A stretch of DNA of 63,140 bases, the filler included, from Octopus bimaculoides (taxonomy: Eukaryota): assembly GCF_001194135.2 (NCBI RefSeq). It is 5 parts of 5 records of this genome, joined end to end, with 100 filler letters (N's around TTAATTAATTAA, not from the genome) between each part and the next. Parts side by side here need not be neighbours in the genome. Positions count along the whole stretch, not along the records: positions 15,918 to 28,298 come from NC_068988.1; positions 28,399 to 57,963 come from NC_068995.1; 3 more parts are not named here. One strand, given 5' to 3'. The first letter of the stretch is position 1, and the number at the start of each line of letters is the position of its first letter. The position numbers were made by a program, and so were the translations under genes. Below the pieces are notes generated by a model. It was not told the DNA's origin. It searched no databases and was given only the letters and a program-made list of their open reading frames with translations. This document shows, one piece after another, positions 26,776 to 39,135 of the stretch.

Positions 26776-26995
26776 ATCATCATCATCATCATCATAAAAC
26801 ATCCGTTTTCCAAGCTGGCATGGGTTGGACAGTTTGACAGGAGCTGGAAAACTGAAGAGCTGCACCAGCTTCCAATTGTGTGTTTTGGAATAGTTTCTAT
26901 AGCTGGATGCCCTTCTTAACGCCAATCTCTTTACAGAGTGTATTAGTATACTAGATACTATCTATGTGGCACCAGGTTGGGTGCTTTTTACATGG

Positions 26996-26998
<3 letters not shown>
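26776..26998 (-). mobile_element. Retroposon tail family F ((GAT)n-ended), inverse orientation
   Basis: CATCATCAT, GCTGGCATGGGTTGGACAG and GCTGGATGCCCTTCTTAACGCCAA, reverse-complementary to 27490-27724. Confidence 0.7.
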
Positions 26999-27044
<46 letters not shown>

Positions 27045-27244
27045 TATATATATTGCTTTATTTAGAAAAACATAAAAACGGAGAAGACACACACTCTAAG
27101 AAGTAGAGGAGTCTATATTTATCACTGGTAAAGACCTGTTTATGGGGTTACCCTGGCTTTCTTACCATAAAGAGTATCCTTTTGGCATATCATGAGATCC
27201 TAAGACTTGTTGGCCTATGGCCTCTTTAAAGTATGGAGTTGGCA

Positions 27245-27684
27245 ATTGAGAAGACTCGTCAAGCCAAGAGAAATTATAGTCGTGGTCGTTGCCTGTGTCA
27301 TGTAAATGACACCCGCGAAATCGTAATTTTGGCTGTTACTTGTAGCATGATCTTTGAATGTGAAGCCTCATAGATATGATGTCAGGCGACCAAGACCTTT
27401 GGCGATATGCTGTGCTTGAGAAAGTCAAGTGAAATCGTCGTCATGGCTATTGCCAGTGTCATGTAAATGGCACCTGTGAAATTGTAGCCGTGGCTGTTGC
27501 CGGTGTCATATAAATGACACCTGTGCTGGTAGCACATAAAAAATACCCATTACACCCTTGGAGTGGTTGGTGTAAGGAAGGGCATCCAGTCATAGAAACC
27601 TTGCTAAATCAGACTGGAACCTGGTACAGCCCTCCAGCTTACCAGTTCCAGTCAAACTGTTTAACCCATCTCTGCATGGAAATA

Positions 27685-27724
<40 letters not shown>
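27245..27724 (+). mobile_element. Retroposon family F, longer copy with (GAT)n tail
   Basis: Three repeats of GTGTCAT(G/A)TAAATG(A/G)CACC, then GGAGTGGTTGGTGTAAGGAAGGGCATCCAG and a (GAT)n tail. Confidence 0.7.
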
Positions 27725-27725
<1 letters not shown>

Positions 27726-28262
27726 ATATATATATATATATTAGAGTTAGTGGTTGAAATAACTGTCCAAGGGATAAGAATATCCATTTTAATACTGGGA
27801 ACACATATGCAAGCATATTATGTTCATAGGATACAGGCAATAACAAAGATAAACAAGAGTTTATAAGGAATCAAATTTAAATTAAGCAGAAAATGGGGAA
27901 ATCTTGATCAACTGCAAATGACTTCCATCGATTATTATTTTTTAATACAAAACGAAAGTTTTGTATTAAAAAATAATAATCGATGATCAATAATCAATGG
28001 TAGTCAATTGTTGATGATCAAGATTTGTCCATTTTCTGCTCAATTTATATATATATATATATGCATATATTAATACATATCGACACATATGAATATTTAA
28101 AAAAATATTTATAAATTAGAAATATGTGTATAAATATACATAAAAATACATGTAAATATAACCCATGTGGGATATGTATGTTGAGAGAGTATGTTCTTGA
28201 TCCTGGCTTGGTATCCTTATTATAAAAATATCTCAATTCTATTGGGTCCTGCAATAATTACG

Positions 28263-28298
<36 letters not shown>

Positions 28299-28398
28299 NN
28301 NNNNNNNNNNNNNNNNNNNNNNNNNNNNNNNNNNNNNNNNNNTTAATTAATTAANNNNNNNNNNNNNNNNNNNNNNNNNNNNNNNNNNNNNNNNNNNN
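28299..28398. other. Synthetic scaffold join
   Basis: 44 N + TTAATTAATTAA + 44 N. Confidence 0.95.
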
Positions 28399-30091
28399 AT
28401 ATATATACGCATTATTTTATATAATCTGAATAATAAAGTCATTACGTACAATTCAAAGCTGCTCTTCCATTATCGGCTACCAAATGCCATATTACACTAG
28501 AAATACTCCTTTTACTGCAAATGCATGTGGAAATCCGTTAGTGTACACAGAATTCATATAAACATTTGTGAAACAAGATGGAGTGTACAGCCTTTAATTA
28601 CAAATCAAATTATTATGTGTGTGTGCTTGCGTACATGTAAGCGTGTGTATATGTATGTATGTATGTATGTATATATGTATGTATGTATGTATGTATTTTG
28701 TCGTCTAAAAATTCGTAGATCAGGAAAAAACAGGCACTCGTATATTTGTCAATAGATCTATTTCAGCAATTTTTGCAATCTCTGATGATCGATACCTTAG
28801 ATTGTCACATGAATTGTGTCGAAAAAACTAATTGTTTGAATCAGAAATTGATGCATTTGTGTGTGTGTGTGTAGTTTACTTTTCCGTCAAGTTCAGATCA
28901 ACAAAAAGTAATCCATCCGGTGAGAAATAAATATTGTTTAACGAACATGGCTTATAGTTATGATCTTCTAGAATGGAAATGTTTTCTAGATAAGTTTTAA
29001 TAACATTCCTAGTGTCTCCAAGCAAACTCAGGCTCTGATCACATGGCCTATACAAGTTCCAAAAGAGGACTATAGAATAAGAGAAATCACGAGAAAAAAC
29101 AAGAGAAAAGTGTTTTTATGCACCTTTCTCTCGTAGGGAATAAATTATATTGAGTTAGTTTGCATTCGGAATTTATGACACAACGTTTCGGTCGCTTGTA
29201 CTTCTTCAAAAAGAAACCATATTAAATTTGATACCTCAGTTTTTTATCTGTTTTCCTACCATCGTGATATCAGTTTGCGACACTCTTTCTTTCGTGATGA
29301 AGTACAAATATCCGAAAAGTTGTTTTTTGCTTCATGGCGATCCACGCGGCAAATGTATTTCTTTACTTAATTGTTATCTATGAACTTTCATCGATTATAT
29401 CAGCTCCAGTCAATAATTGATCGATGTTTGACTTACAAAATCAAATCTAGCCCACTCACGAAATACATTTGAACTCAAAATGTAAAGGGACGTAACTCTA
29501 CCGTTTCTGCCAGCCTTGTCACTCACCAATTTCGAAAAGAGAGAGAGATGCAAAGAAAGAGAGAGAGAGAGAGAGGGGGGGTGAATAATAAAAGTGCCAA
29601 CATGTCGACAAGAGTAAATCCTATACATGTGCTGATATTATGTAAATACAAGTGTGTTTGGTATACAGAGAGACGGAGCGAGTGACTTATGGACGCCACA
29701 CGCAGACATAAACACAAATACACACACAGGCGCGCACATACGCACACACGTGCAAGCACACACACACACACACACACACACAAGCACACACACACACGCT
29801 GTTTTCCATTTTGTTCTGTCATCACTATCGTCTCTCATTCCATCACTTATTTCTGCTTTTTCCCGCCCTTCCATGCTAGACGTACGTACGTACCCTGGTC
29901 GGCTGACACATACGCATGCACACACATGCACACATTCACACAGATAATCACATGCACATGTGCATACACACGCATATACCCATGCAAGAACATATTCACA
30001 TACGAGCACATACAACCAGTGACGCGTATACACCACATGCGTGTATGCATCCCTCTATATATGCTTATCTGTATATTTTCATAAACTTTGC

Positions 30092-30141
<50 letters not shown>

Positions 30142-30236
30142 ATATCTGTCTGTCTGTCTGTCTGTCTGTCTATATATCTGTCTGTCTGCCTGTCTGTCTG
30201 CATGTATTAAGATCAATATCTATTCCTATACATATA

Positions 30237-30643
30237 GGCGCAGGAGTGGCTGTGTGGTAAGTAGCTTGCTAACCAACCACATGGTCCCGGTTTCAGTCCC
30301 ACTGCGTGGCATCTTGGGCAAGTGTCTTCTACTATAGCCTCGGGCCGACCAAAGCCTTGTGAGTGGATTTGGTAGACGGAAACTGAAAGAAGCCCGTCGT
30401 ATATATGTGTGTGTGCATTTGTGTGTCTGTGTTTGTCCCCCCTAGCATTGCTTGACAACCGATGCTGGTGAGTTTATGTCCCCGTAACTTAACGGTTCGG
30501 CAAAAGAGACCGATAGAATAAGTACTAGGCTTACAAAGAATAAGTCCTGGGGTCGATTTGCTCGACTAAAGGTGGTACTCCAGCATGGCCGCAGTCAAAT
30601 GACTGAAACAAGTAAAAGAGTAAAAGAGTAAAAGAGTAAAAGA
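30237..30643 (+). mobile_element. Full-length CORE-SINE (OR2-like)
   Basis: tRNA-like head (TGGCTGTGTGGTAAG, GGTTTCAGTCCC), CORE-like CTTGGGCAAGTGTCTT, internal (TA)(TG) microsatellite and an (AGTAAAAG)n tail. Confidence 0.9.
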
Positions 30644-30904
30644 TATATATATATATGTATATACACACACGCAAACACGCTCACACACACAAGTTCGCGT
30701 ATGTGTGATATATGTATATGTTCGTGTAAATAATTGTATGTATGTACGTATATGTGTGTATGGAAGTGTGTGCGTAAAGCGCGCGTATATGTATGTATGT
30801 ATAAAGTCTTATACAACCTATTTTCTTATATATTTCCGGACATCTCTTTCTGTGTCTACATATATTTGCATGTTTGTATTTATGTATACAGACACCTAGA
30901 TAGC

Positions 30905-30948
<44 letters not shown>

Positions 30949-31132
30949 CAAATTTATGTATGTATGTATACATTTGTGTATGTATGTATATGCCCATATG
31001 TATGTATATGCCCGTATGTATGTATACATAGTCACACTTCTACACGCTTGTACACGACCGTGTTACTACAAGTTTATGCCTTCGACGTTAGAACATTTCT
31101 CCATTCAATAGCTTCGCCTTGACTACCGGGTG

Positions 31133-31178
<46 letters not shown>

Positions 31179-31556
31179 ACACACAAACACACACACAACG
31201 TGCGCATACAACCGTACACATACCCACTCTCCTCCCTTTACTCTTACATTTTCTCGTCCTCCGCCTCCCTTAATCTTTCTCTCTCTCTCATTTCTTCTCT
31301 CTCTCTCTCTCATCCTCTTTCTTTCCTTTTCCTTATATTTCTCTTCAGGATATTCGCTCTCGTTTCTCACTCCTCCCCCATCTATCATTCTATCACCTCC
31401 TCTATTTACCCCTCTCTATTCTTTAAACACAATTCTTCCTTTTCTTTCGGTTCTTCTCACTTCCATTTCTTTCTTGTTTTATTTTTTTTTCCCGTATTTC
31501 CCCAAATTGTCTTTCGCCCATGAATGTTTCTCTCTGTACCCCAGTTTTTCTCCTCC

Positions 31557-31618
<62 letters not shown>

Positions 31619-31742
31619 CGCTCATAGGTTTTCCATATGCATACGTTGTACACAAAATACATATATACTCATACTTTCTTCCACATCTACACATATATAC
31701 ACGCACACAAACACACGCGCGCGTACACACACACACATAATA

Positions 31743-31782
<40 letters not shown>

Positions 31783-31916
31783 CATATATATATATATAGA
31801 CACTAGAATTTTTAAACTCCCACTGCGGTATTTTGTCACAATCACTTTTGTTGTTACCACCACCACCACCACCGCCGCCGCCGCCTCCTCCTCCTCACCA
31901 TCCCTACCATCACCAC

Positions 31917-31967
<51 letters not shown>

Positions 31968-32973
31968 NNNNNNNNNNNNNNNNNNNNNNNNNNNNNNNNN
32001 NNNNNNNNNNNNNNNNNNNNNNNNNNNNNNNNNNNNNNNNNNNNNNNNNNNNNNNNNNNNNNNNNNNNNNNNNNNNNNNNNNNNNNNNNNNNNNNNNNNN
32101 NNNNNNNNNNNNNNNNNNNNNNNNNNNNNNNNNNNNNNNNNNNNNNNNNNNNNNNNNNNNNNNNNNNNNNNNNNNNNNNNNNNNNNNNNNNNNNNNNNNN
32201 NNNNNNNNNNNNNNNNNNNNNNNNNNNNNNNNNNNNNNNNNNNNNNNNNNNNNNNNNNNNNNNNNNNNNNNNNNNNNNNNNNNNNNNNNNNNNNNNNNNN
32301 NNNNNNNNNNNNNNNNNNNNNNNNNNNNNNNNNNNNNNNNNNNNNNNNNNNNNNNNNNNNNNNNNNNNNNNNNNNNNNNNNNNNNNNNNNNNNNNNNNNN
32401 NNNNNNNNNNNNNNNNNNNNNNNNNNNNNNNNNNNNNNNNNNNNNNNNNNNNNNNNNNNNNNNNNNNNNNNNNNNNNNNNNNNNNNNNNNNNNNNNNNNN
32501 NNNNNNNNNNNNNNNNNNNNNNNNNNNNNNNNNNNNNNNNNNNNNNNNNNNNNNNNNNNNNNNNNNNNNNNNNNNNNNNNNNNNNNNNNNNNNNNNNNNN
32601 NNNNNNNNNNNNNNNNNNNNNNNNNNNNNNNNNNNNNNNNNNNNNNNNNNNNNNNNNNNNNNNNNNNNNNNNNNNNNNNNNNNNNNNNNNNNNNNNNNNN
32701 NNNNNNNNNNNNNNNNNNNNNNNNNNNNNNNNNNNNNNNNNNNNNNNNNNNNNNNNTACCTCTCTATTTCTTTCTCTTTCCCCCCCCCCACACCCCGCTC
32801 TATCTCTCTCCCTTCAGTCTGTCTCTCTCTACCTCTCTATTTCTCTCGCCCTCTCCCCCTCCCTCTCCCTCACCCGCCTTCTATTACTCTCCCCCGCCAA
32901 CCCTACCATCTCCTCTGACGACAACATAAACTTGAGCAGCGCTCGAAACAGTCTTCAGACCGTTTGTGTCAGT

Positions 32974-33650
32974 GAGAAAGGAAAGAAGGAAGATTTTACG
33001 GACCACCACGACAACAACAACAACAACATCTGTCACAACTACTATTAATACTACTACTATAATTATTACTCTTGCTATTATTATTATTATTAGTTGTTGC
33101 GGTTATTACTACTACAACTACTGTTTGTATTTTCTATTACTATTTGTACTACGACGACCGGTGTTGTTGCTTTCGTGAAAAAGACAGAAGCAGAATTTTA
33201 CACACGACAACATTAACAACAACAACAGCAACATCTGTCACAACTACTATTAAGACTACTACTATAATCATTACTCTTGCTATTATTATTATTATTATTA
33301 TTATTAGTTGTTGCGGTTATTACTACTACAACTACCGTTTGTATTTTCTATTACTATTCGTACTACGACGACCGGTGTTGTTGCTTTCGTGAAAAAGACA
33401 GAAGCAGAATTTTACACACGACAATATTAACAACAACAACAACAACATCTGTCACAACTACTATTAAGACTACTACTATAGTCATTACTCTTGCTTTGCG
33501 GTTATTACTACTACAACTACTGTTTGTATTTTCTATTACTATTCGTTCTACGACGACCGGTGTTGCTTTTCTCGTGAAAAAGACAGAAGCTGAATTTTTA
33601 CAAACGACAATATTAACAACAACAACAACAACAACAGCAACAACAACCGC
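32974..33650. repeat. ~200-bp composite tandem repeat (about 3.3 units)
   Basis: The anchor GAAAAAGACAGAAGC recurs at 33177, 33391 and 33576. Units contain (CAA)n, (ACT)n and (ATT)n of variable length. Confidence 0.9.
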
Positions 33651-34353
33651 GACAGTAATAATGATAATAGTATTATCGAAATTATTATTATTGTTATTAT
33701 TTGCAATTCTGACGATCACATCGACGACGATTACGTCGGCTGCGACGATGATGGTAACACACTGAAGCAAACGCGCTTAAAACCACGACGAGAAGAACCA
33801 CCACCACCGCCACCATTACTACTACTACTACTACTACTACTACTGCTGCTATGACCGGTGATATCTTCTAAGATAGATAAAACTTACAACTCAAGCGCGA
33901 CACACACCATCTCTGCAACAACCACAACAACAACGACCGCAAGAACTACTACTACTACTACTACTACTACTGCTACCGGTTTTTTAAGCGCTGCAAACAA
34001 TAACTAAACTACTACACGTTGACAGTAACAATAACAAGGAAAAGTTATTTTAAAAAAATTTTTAATTTTTGAAGAAAAACTGAAATATGTATACCAGCGC
34101 TATTACTAGTACTACTACTTCTACTACAACGACTACTACCACTGCTATTACTTCTACTAATACGGGTACGATAATTAATAATAAGAATGGTAATAAGAAT
34201 GACAATAACTGTCATTCTGTAAATAAAACGAAAAATACTACAACTATTGCTTCATTTACACACTGCTGGATCTACTACTGTTGGTTGTTTTGGTGTTTTG
34301 TCACGGTAAGTCCATTATTTTTTCATTAAATCATATATTTTCTTTTTACGACC

Positions 34354-34980
34354 GCGCAGGAGTGGCTGTGTGGTAAGTAGCTTGCTTACCAACCACATGA
34401 TTCCGGGTTCAGTCCCACTGCGTGACACCTTGGGCATATGTCTTCTACTATAGCATCGGGCCGACCAAAGTCTTGTGAGTGGATTTGGTAGACGGAAGCT
34501 GAATGAAGCCCGTCGTATATATNNNNNNNNNNNNNNNNNNNNNNNNNNNNNNNNNNNNNNNNNNNNNNNNNNNNNNNNNNNNNNNNNNNNNNNNNNNNNN
34601 NNNNNNNNNNNNNNNNNNNNNNNNNNNNNNNNNNNNNNNNNNNNNNNNNNNNNNNNNNNNNNNNNNNNNNNNNNNNNNNNNNNNNNNNNNNNNNNNNNNN
34701 NNNNNNNNNNNNNNNNNNNNNNNNNNNNNNNNNNNNNNNNNNNNNNNNNNNTGTGTTTGTGTGTTTGTGTTTGTCCCCCCAACATCGCTTGACAACCGAT
34801 GCTGGTGTGTTTGCGTCCCCGTAACTTAGCGGTTCGACAAAAGAAGAGACCGATAGAATAAGTACTTGGCTTACAAAGAATAAGTCCTGGGGTCGATTTG
34901 CTCGACTAAAGGCGGTGCCCCAGCATGGCCGCAGTCAAATGACTGAAACAAGTAAAAGAGAGTAAAAGAGTAAAAAGAGA
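34354..34980 (+). mobile_element. Full-length CORE-SINE (OR2-like) with gapped internal microsatellite
   Basis: Head and tail match the 30237 copy, and the N-gap 34523-34751 lies at the internal (TA)n. Confidence 0.9.
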
Positions 34981-35299
34981 CTAAGTATTTAGTTATCGTC
35001 TGCTTTCTTCCATAATATTTTTCTTCGGGATTTTCTCCCTCCCTTTCGTTTATTATTATTATTATTTTTGTTCGCTTTGGGCTCATTTGTTTCGTTTGTT
35101 TATAACTTTTCTTTCAGCAATATAGTTTATCCATCCATTTCTTTCTTTCTTTTTATTCGTTCGTTCATTCATTTCATTCGGCAGTCAGTTCATTAAAGCG
35201 TTTTGCTTTGAGTCAACCTTCTGCTGCCACCAAGACTCTATTGTTTCCGCTCTCATTCCATTCAGCCATTCGCTCATTCTTTCATTAGCTCCATTTACA

Positions 35300-35354
<55 letters not shown>

Positions 35355-36444
35355 ATCATATACACACATTCATGCAAATACATATATACCTGCAAACATA
35401 CATACAATGTTCATATATATATATATATATATATNNNNNNNNNNNNNNNNNNNNNNNNNNNNNNNNNNNNNNNNNNNNNNNNNNNNNNNNNNNNNNNNNN
35501 NNNNNNNNNNNNNNNNNNNNNNNNNNNNNNNNNNNNNNNNNNNNNNNNNNNNNNNNNNNNNNNNNNNNNNNNNNNNNNNNNNNNNNNNNNNNNNNNNNNN
35601 NNNNNNNNNNNNNNNNNNNNNNNNNNNNNNNNNNNNNNNNNNNNNNNNNNNNNNNNNNNNNNNNNNNNNNNNNNNNNNNNNNNNNNNNNNNNNNNNNNNN
35701 NNNNNNNNNNNNNNNNNNNNNNNNNNNNNNNNNNNNNNNNNNNNNNNNNNNNNNNNNNNNNNNNNNNNNNNNNNNNNNNNNNNNNNNNNNNNNNNNNNNN
35801 NNNNNNNNNNNNNNNNNNNNNNNNNNNNNNNNNNNNNNNNNNNNNNNNNNNNNNNNNNNNNNNNNNNNNNNNNNNNNNNNNNNNNNNNNNNNNNNNNNNN
35901 NNNNNNNNNNNNNNNNNNNNNNNNNNNNNNNNNNNNNNNNNNNNNNNNNNNNNNNNNNNNNNNNNNNNNNNNNNNNNNNNNNNNNNNNNNNNNNNNNNNN
36001 NNNNNNNNNNNNNNNNNNNNNNNNNNNNNNNNNNNNNNNNNNNNNNNNNNNNNNNNNNNNNNNNNNNNNNNNNNNNNNNNNNNNNNNNNNNNNNNNNNNN
36101 NNNNNNNNNNNNNNNNNNNNNNNNNNNNNNNNNNNNNNNNNNNNNNNNNNNNNNNNNNNNNNNNNNNNNNNNNTATATATATATATATATATATGCATGT
36201 ATGAGTGCAATATTAACATGCACACATACACATACATAATGCACAACATAGCGTAAATCACAAATTTCTATGCTATTGGACGCGTGGGTAAAACAGAGGT
36301 AGATGATTCTACTGATGGACCGTTTCGTGAATTGTTTACAACTCCTCACGGAAGACGTACCCGGCTGTATGTATGTCTTATGTATGTATGTAATATAATG
36401 TAATATATGTATGTATGTATGTATATATATATATAATCTTCTTT

Positions 36445-36800
36445 TTTTATTTCTGTCAGTCATCGGACTGTGACCATGCTGTGAAGGGTTTTTACTCGAA
36501 CAAATCGGCCTCGTTACCTATTTTCTAAGCCTAGTACTTATTCAATCGGTCTTTTGCCGAAACGCTATGTCACGGGGACGTAAGCAAACACACACGCACA
36601 CACACACGTACACACACATACGCAGACACAGACAGACAGACACACATATGTACGACGGGCTTCCACGCTGTTTCCAATTAACAAATTCATTCACAAAGCG
36701 TTGGTCAGCCCGGCGCTATAGTAGACACTTATCCAAGGCGTCACTCAGATCCGAACCCGAAACCGCGTGGCTTCTTTACCACATAGCCATGCCTTTGCCC
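36445..36800 (-). mobile_element. CORE-SINE (OR2-like), diverged copy
   Basis: Reverse-complement similarity to the 30237 copy across tail, microsatellite and head. Confidence 0.8.
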
Positions 36801-36968
36801 ATGTTTACACACACACACACACACACACACATGTGCCTGTTTCTGTCATTTGGCTGTGGCCATGCTGGGTACCGCCTTTAAACTCTCGTTGCCACGGTTT
36901 GCTATTCTCATACTTTCACTTTCTATCTCGTTTAATCCATATATATATAGATATTAACTCTCTCTGTG

Positions 36969-37024
<56 letters not shown>

Positions 37025-37544
37025 CGTCCGTCTGCCACTCTGTCTGCCTGTCTGTCTGTCTCTCTTCTCTGTCTTTCTGTCTGTCTATCTATTTATCAAT
37101 TTTTTAAATCTGTTCGTCCGTCACTCTGCCTGCCTGTCTATCTGTCTCTCTCATTCTCTCTTTCTTTCTCTCTTTCTTTCTCTCTCATTCTCTCTCTCTA
37201 TCTCTGTATTTGTCTATCTATTTGTCTATCTATTTGTCAGTTCTTTTTTATCCGTCTGCCCATCGCTCTGTCTGTCTGCCTCTATCTCTCTCTCTCACTC
37301 TATCTCACTCCTCTCTCTCTCACCCCCCCCTCTCTCTCTCTATCTATCTATCTATCTACGCCACTAGATATATACAATCGTAATGAATACCCTCTCACTC
37401 TCTGCAACGAATACTGTGATAAATAAAGTTTATACTCTTCCTACCTTAATTAAACCAGTGGTTCTTCACCATTTTTTGCCAATGGACTTTTCTCTACTGG
37501 ATCTCCATAGCCATTTCATCTTTTAAAAAAGTCCTGTCCTTAAT

Positions 37545-37946
37545 GTTTTCATACTTGTTTCACTCGTTAGACTGTGACCATAATGGGACAACGCCTTGAA
37601 GAATTTTGGTCGAATGAATCGACCCCAGGACTTATTTTCTTTCTAAAGCACCGGTACTTATTCTATCGGTCTGTTTTGCCGAACCGCTAAGTTATGGGGA
37701 CGTAAACACACCACCATCTGTTAAGCGATGGTGCGAGACAAACACAAACTCAAAGATACACAGATATATACATATATATAAACGACAGTCTTCTTTCAGT
37801 TTCCGTCTATCAAATCCACTCACGAGACTTTGGTCAGCTCGAGACCATAGTAGAAGACACTTGCCCAAGGTGTCACGTAGTGGGACTGAACCCGGAGCTA
37901 TGTGGTTGTGAAGCGAGCTTCTTACCACACAGCCACGCCTGCGCCT
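37545..37946 (-). mobile_element. Full-length CORE-SINE (OR2-like)
   Basis: Ends in TTACCACACAGCCACGCCTGCGCC and contains ACACTTGCCCAAGG and GGTCGAATGAATCGACC. Confidence 0.9.
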
Positions 37947-38139
37947 ATATTTTTATTTTTGTAATTAAGTATTATTAGGAATCATATTAAAAAGCTAAAA
38001 TAGTTTGTGTATGGTAGAAGTATAATCAATTTATGACGTGTAAATTTTAACAAAAAAAAAAAGATCTTATATGGACCTCTAAGGGTCAGATGAACCCCTA
38101 TTGAGAAACAATGCCTTAAAAAAACGATGACAGATATTC

Positions 38140-38335
38140 TTTTCTGCTCTAGGCACAAAGCCCGAAATTTTGGGGGAGGGGGCCAGTCCATTATATCGAC
38201 CACAGTACGCAACTGGTACTTAATTTATCGACCCCGAAAGGATGAAAGGCAAAGTCGACCTCGGCGGAATTTGAACTCAGAACGTAGCGGCAGACGAAAT
38301 ACCGCTAAGCATTTCGCCCGGCGTGCTAACGTTTA
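38140..38335 (-). mobile_element. SINE family C, 5'-interrupted copy with GCCTAGAGC-type tail
   Basis: CGAAAGGATGAAAGGCAAAGTCGACCTCGGCGGAATTTGAACTCAGAACG, AAGCATTTCGCCCGGCGTGCTAACG. Confidence 0.85.
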
Positions 38336-38575
38336 TTTCTTTATTGCCCACAAGGGGCATAGAGGAGACAAACATAGAGGGGACAAACAAGGACAGACAA
38401 AGGGATTAAGTCGATTACATCGACCCCAGTGCGTAACTGGTACTTAATTTATCGACCCCGAAAGGATAAAAGGCAAAGTCGACCTCGGCAGAATTTGAAC
38501 TCAGAACGTAAAGACAGACGAAATACCGCTAAGCATTTCGCCCGGCGTGCTAACGTTTCTGCCAGCTCGACGCCT
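38336..38575 (-). mobile_element. SINE family C, full head with alternative GGGCAATAAAGAAAT tail
   Basis: Same body as the adjacent copy, head CTGCCAGCTCGACGCC, different 3' tail. Confidence 0.85.
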
Positions 38576-38959
38576 TAACCCCGCTTTTAGTATTCATGGA
38601 CCCTCCGTGATTCGCCGATCCCCCACCAAAAATGTACCGATTGAAATTCTGCTTGAAAGGTCCAAACTACAATAAACAGAAACAAACAGGAACAGACAGG
38701 AGTGTGTTGTTAGACACGTCGTTTCATGGCTGCGTGGTTAAGATATTCGCTTCGAAACAACGTGGTTTCGTGTTCGATTACACTGCACTACGTTTTCACC
38801 AAATATCTTTTATCGTTGCTGTATTACTGTATCGACCTGACTATCGGATGTTGTTATACACCGCTGATCACAATACGCTTCGTTACATTCAATTGTCCTC
38901 ACCGCAACAGCTAGAGCAAGAAGGCCTATGACATGTGAATGACCGAAAATTCACAACAT

Positions 38960-39135
38960 GCCCCTGGAATGGGACGCCAGTCTGTCACTGGGTCACGCGG
39001 TTACTCACATCTGCGTGGACTGTAAATGAAGTGTTTTGCTCAAGAACACGACGCATCGTTAGTCTGGGAATCGAAGCCACGATCGCAAGATCGTGCATGC
39101 AACACCCTTTTTAATCACGAGGCCACGCGCTTTCA
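38960..39135 (-). mobile_element. tRNA-derived SINE family E
   Basis: GGAATGGGACGCCAGTC, GAAGTGTTTTGCTCAAGAACAC, GGGAATCGAAGCC and ATCACGAGGCCACGCGC, the reverse complement of the 18311 family. Confidence 0.75.

Noticed and set aside
28782-28845. CTGATGA...GTGTCGAAA as a hammerhead ribozyme
   Set aside because: It lacks the direct G10.1-C11.1 pair and has no valid UH cleavage triplet.
30237-30310. SINE heads as functional tRNA genes or CRISPR-like repeats
   Set aside because: The heads continue into SINE bodies, the copies are dispersed rather than regularly spaced, and the context is eukaryotic.
32915-32953. CTGACGA...GAGCAGCGCTC-GAAAC-AGTC as a hammerhead ribozyme
   Set aside because: A 12-nt insertion separates the core from helix II, and there is no helix I or III pairing.
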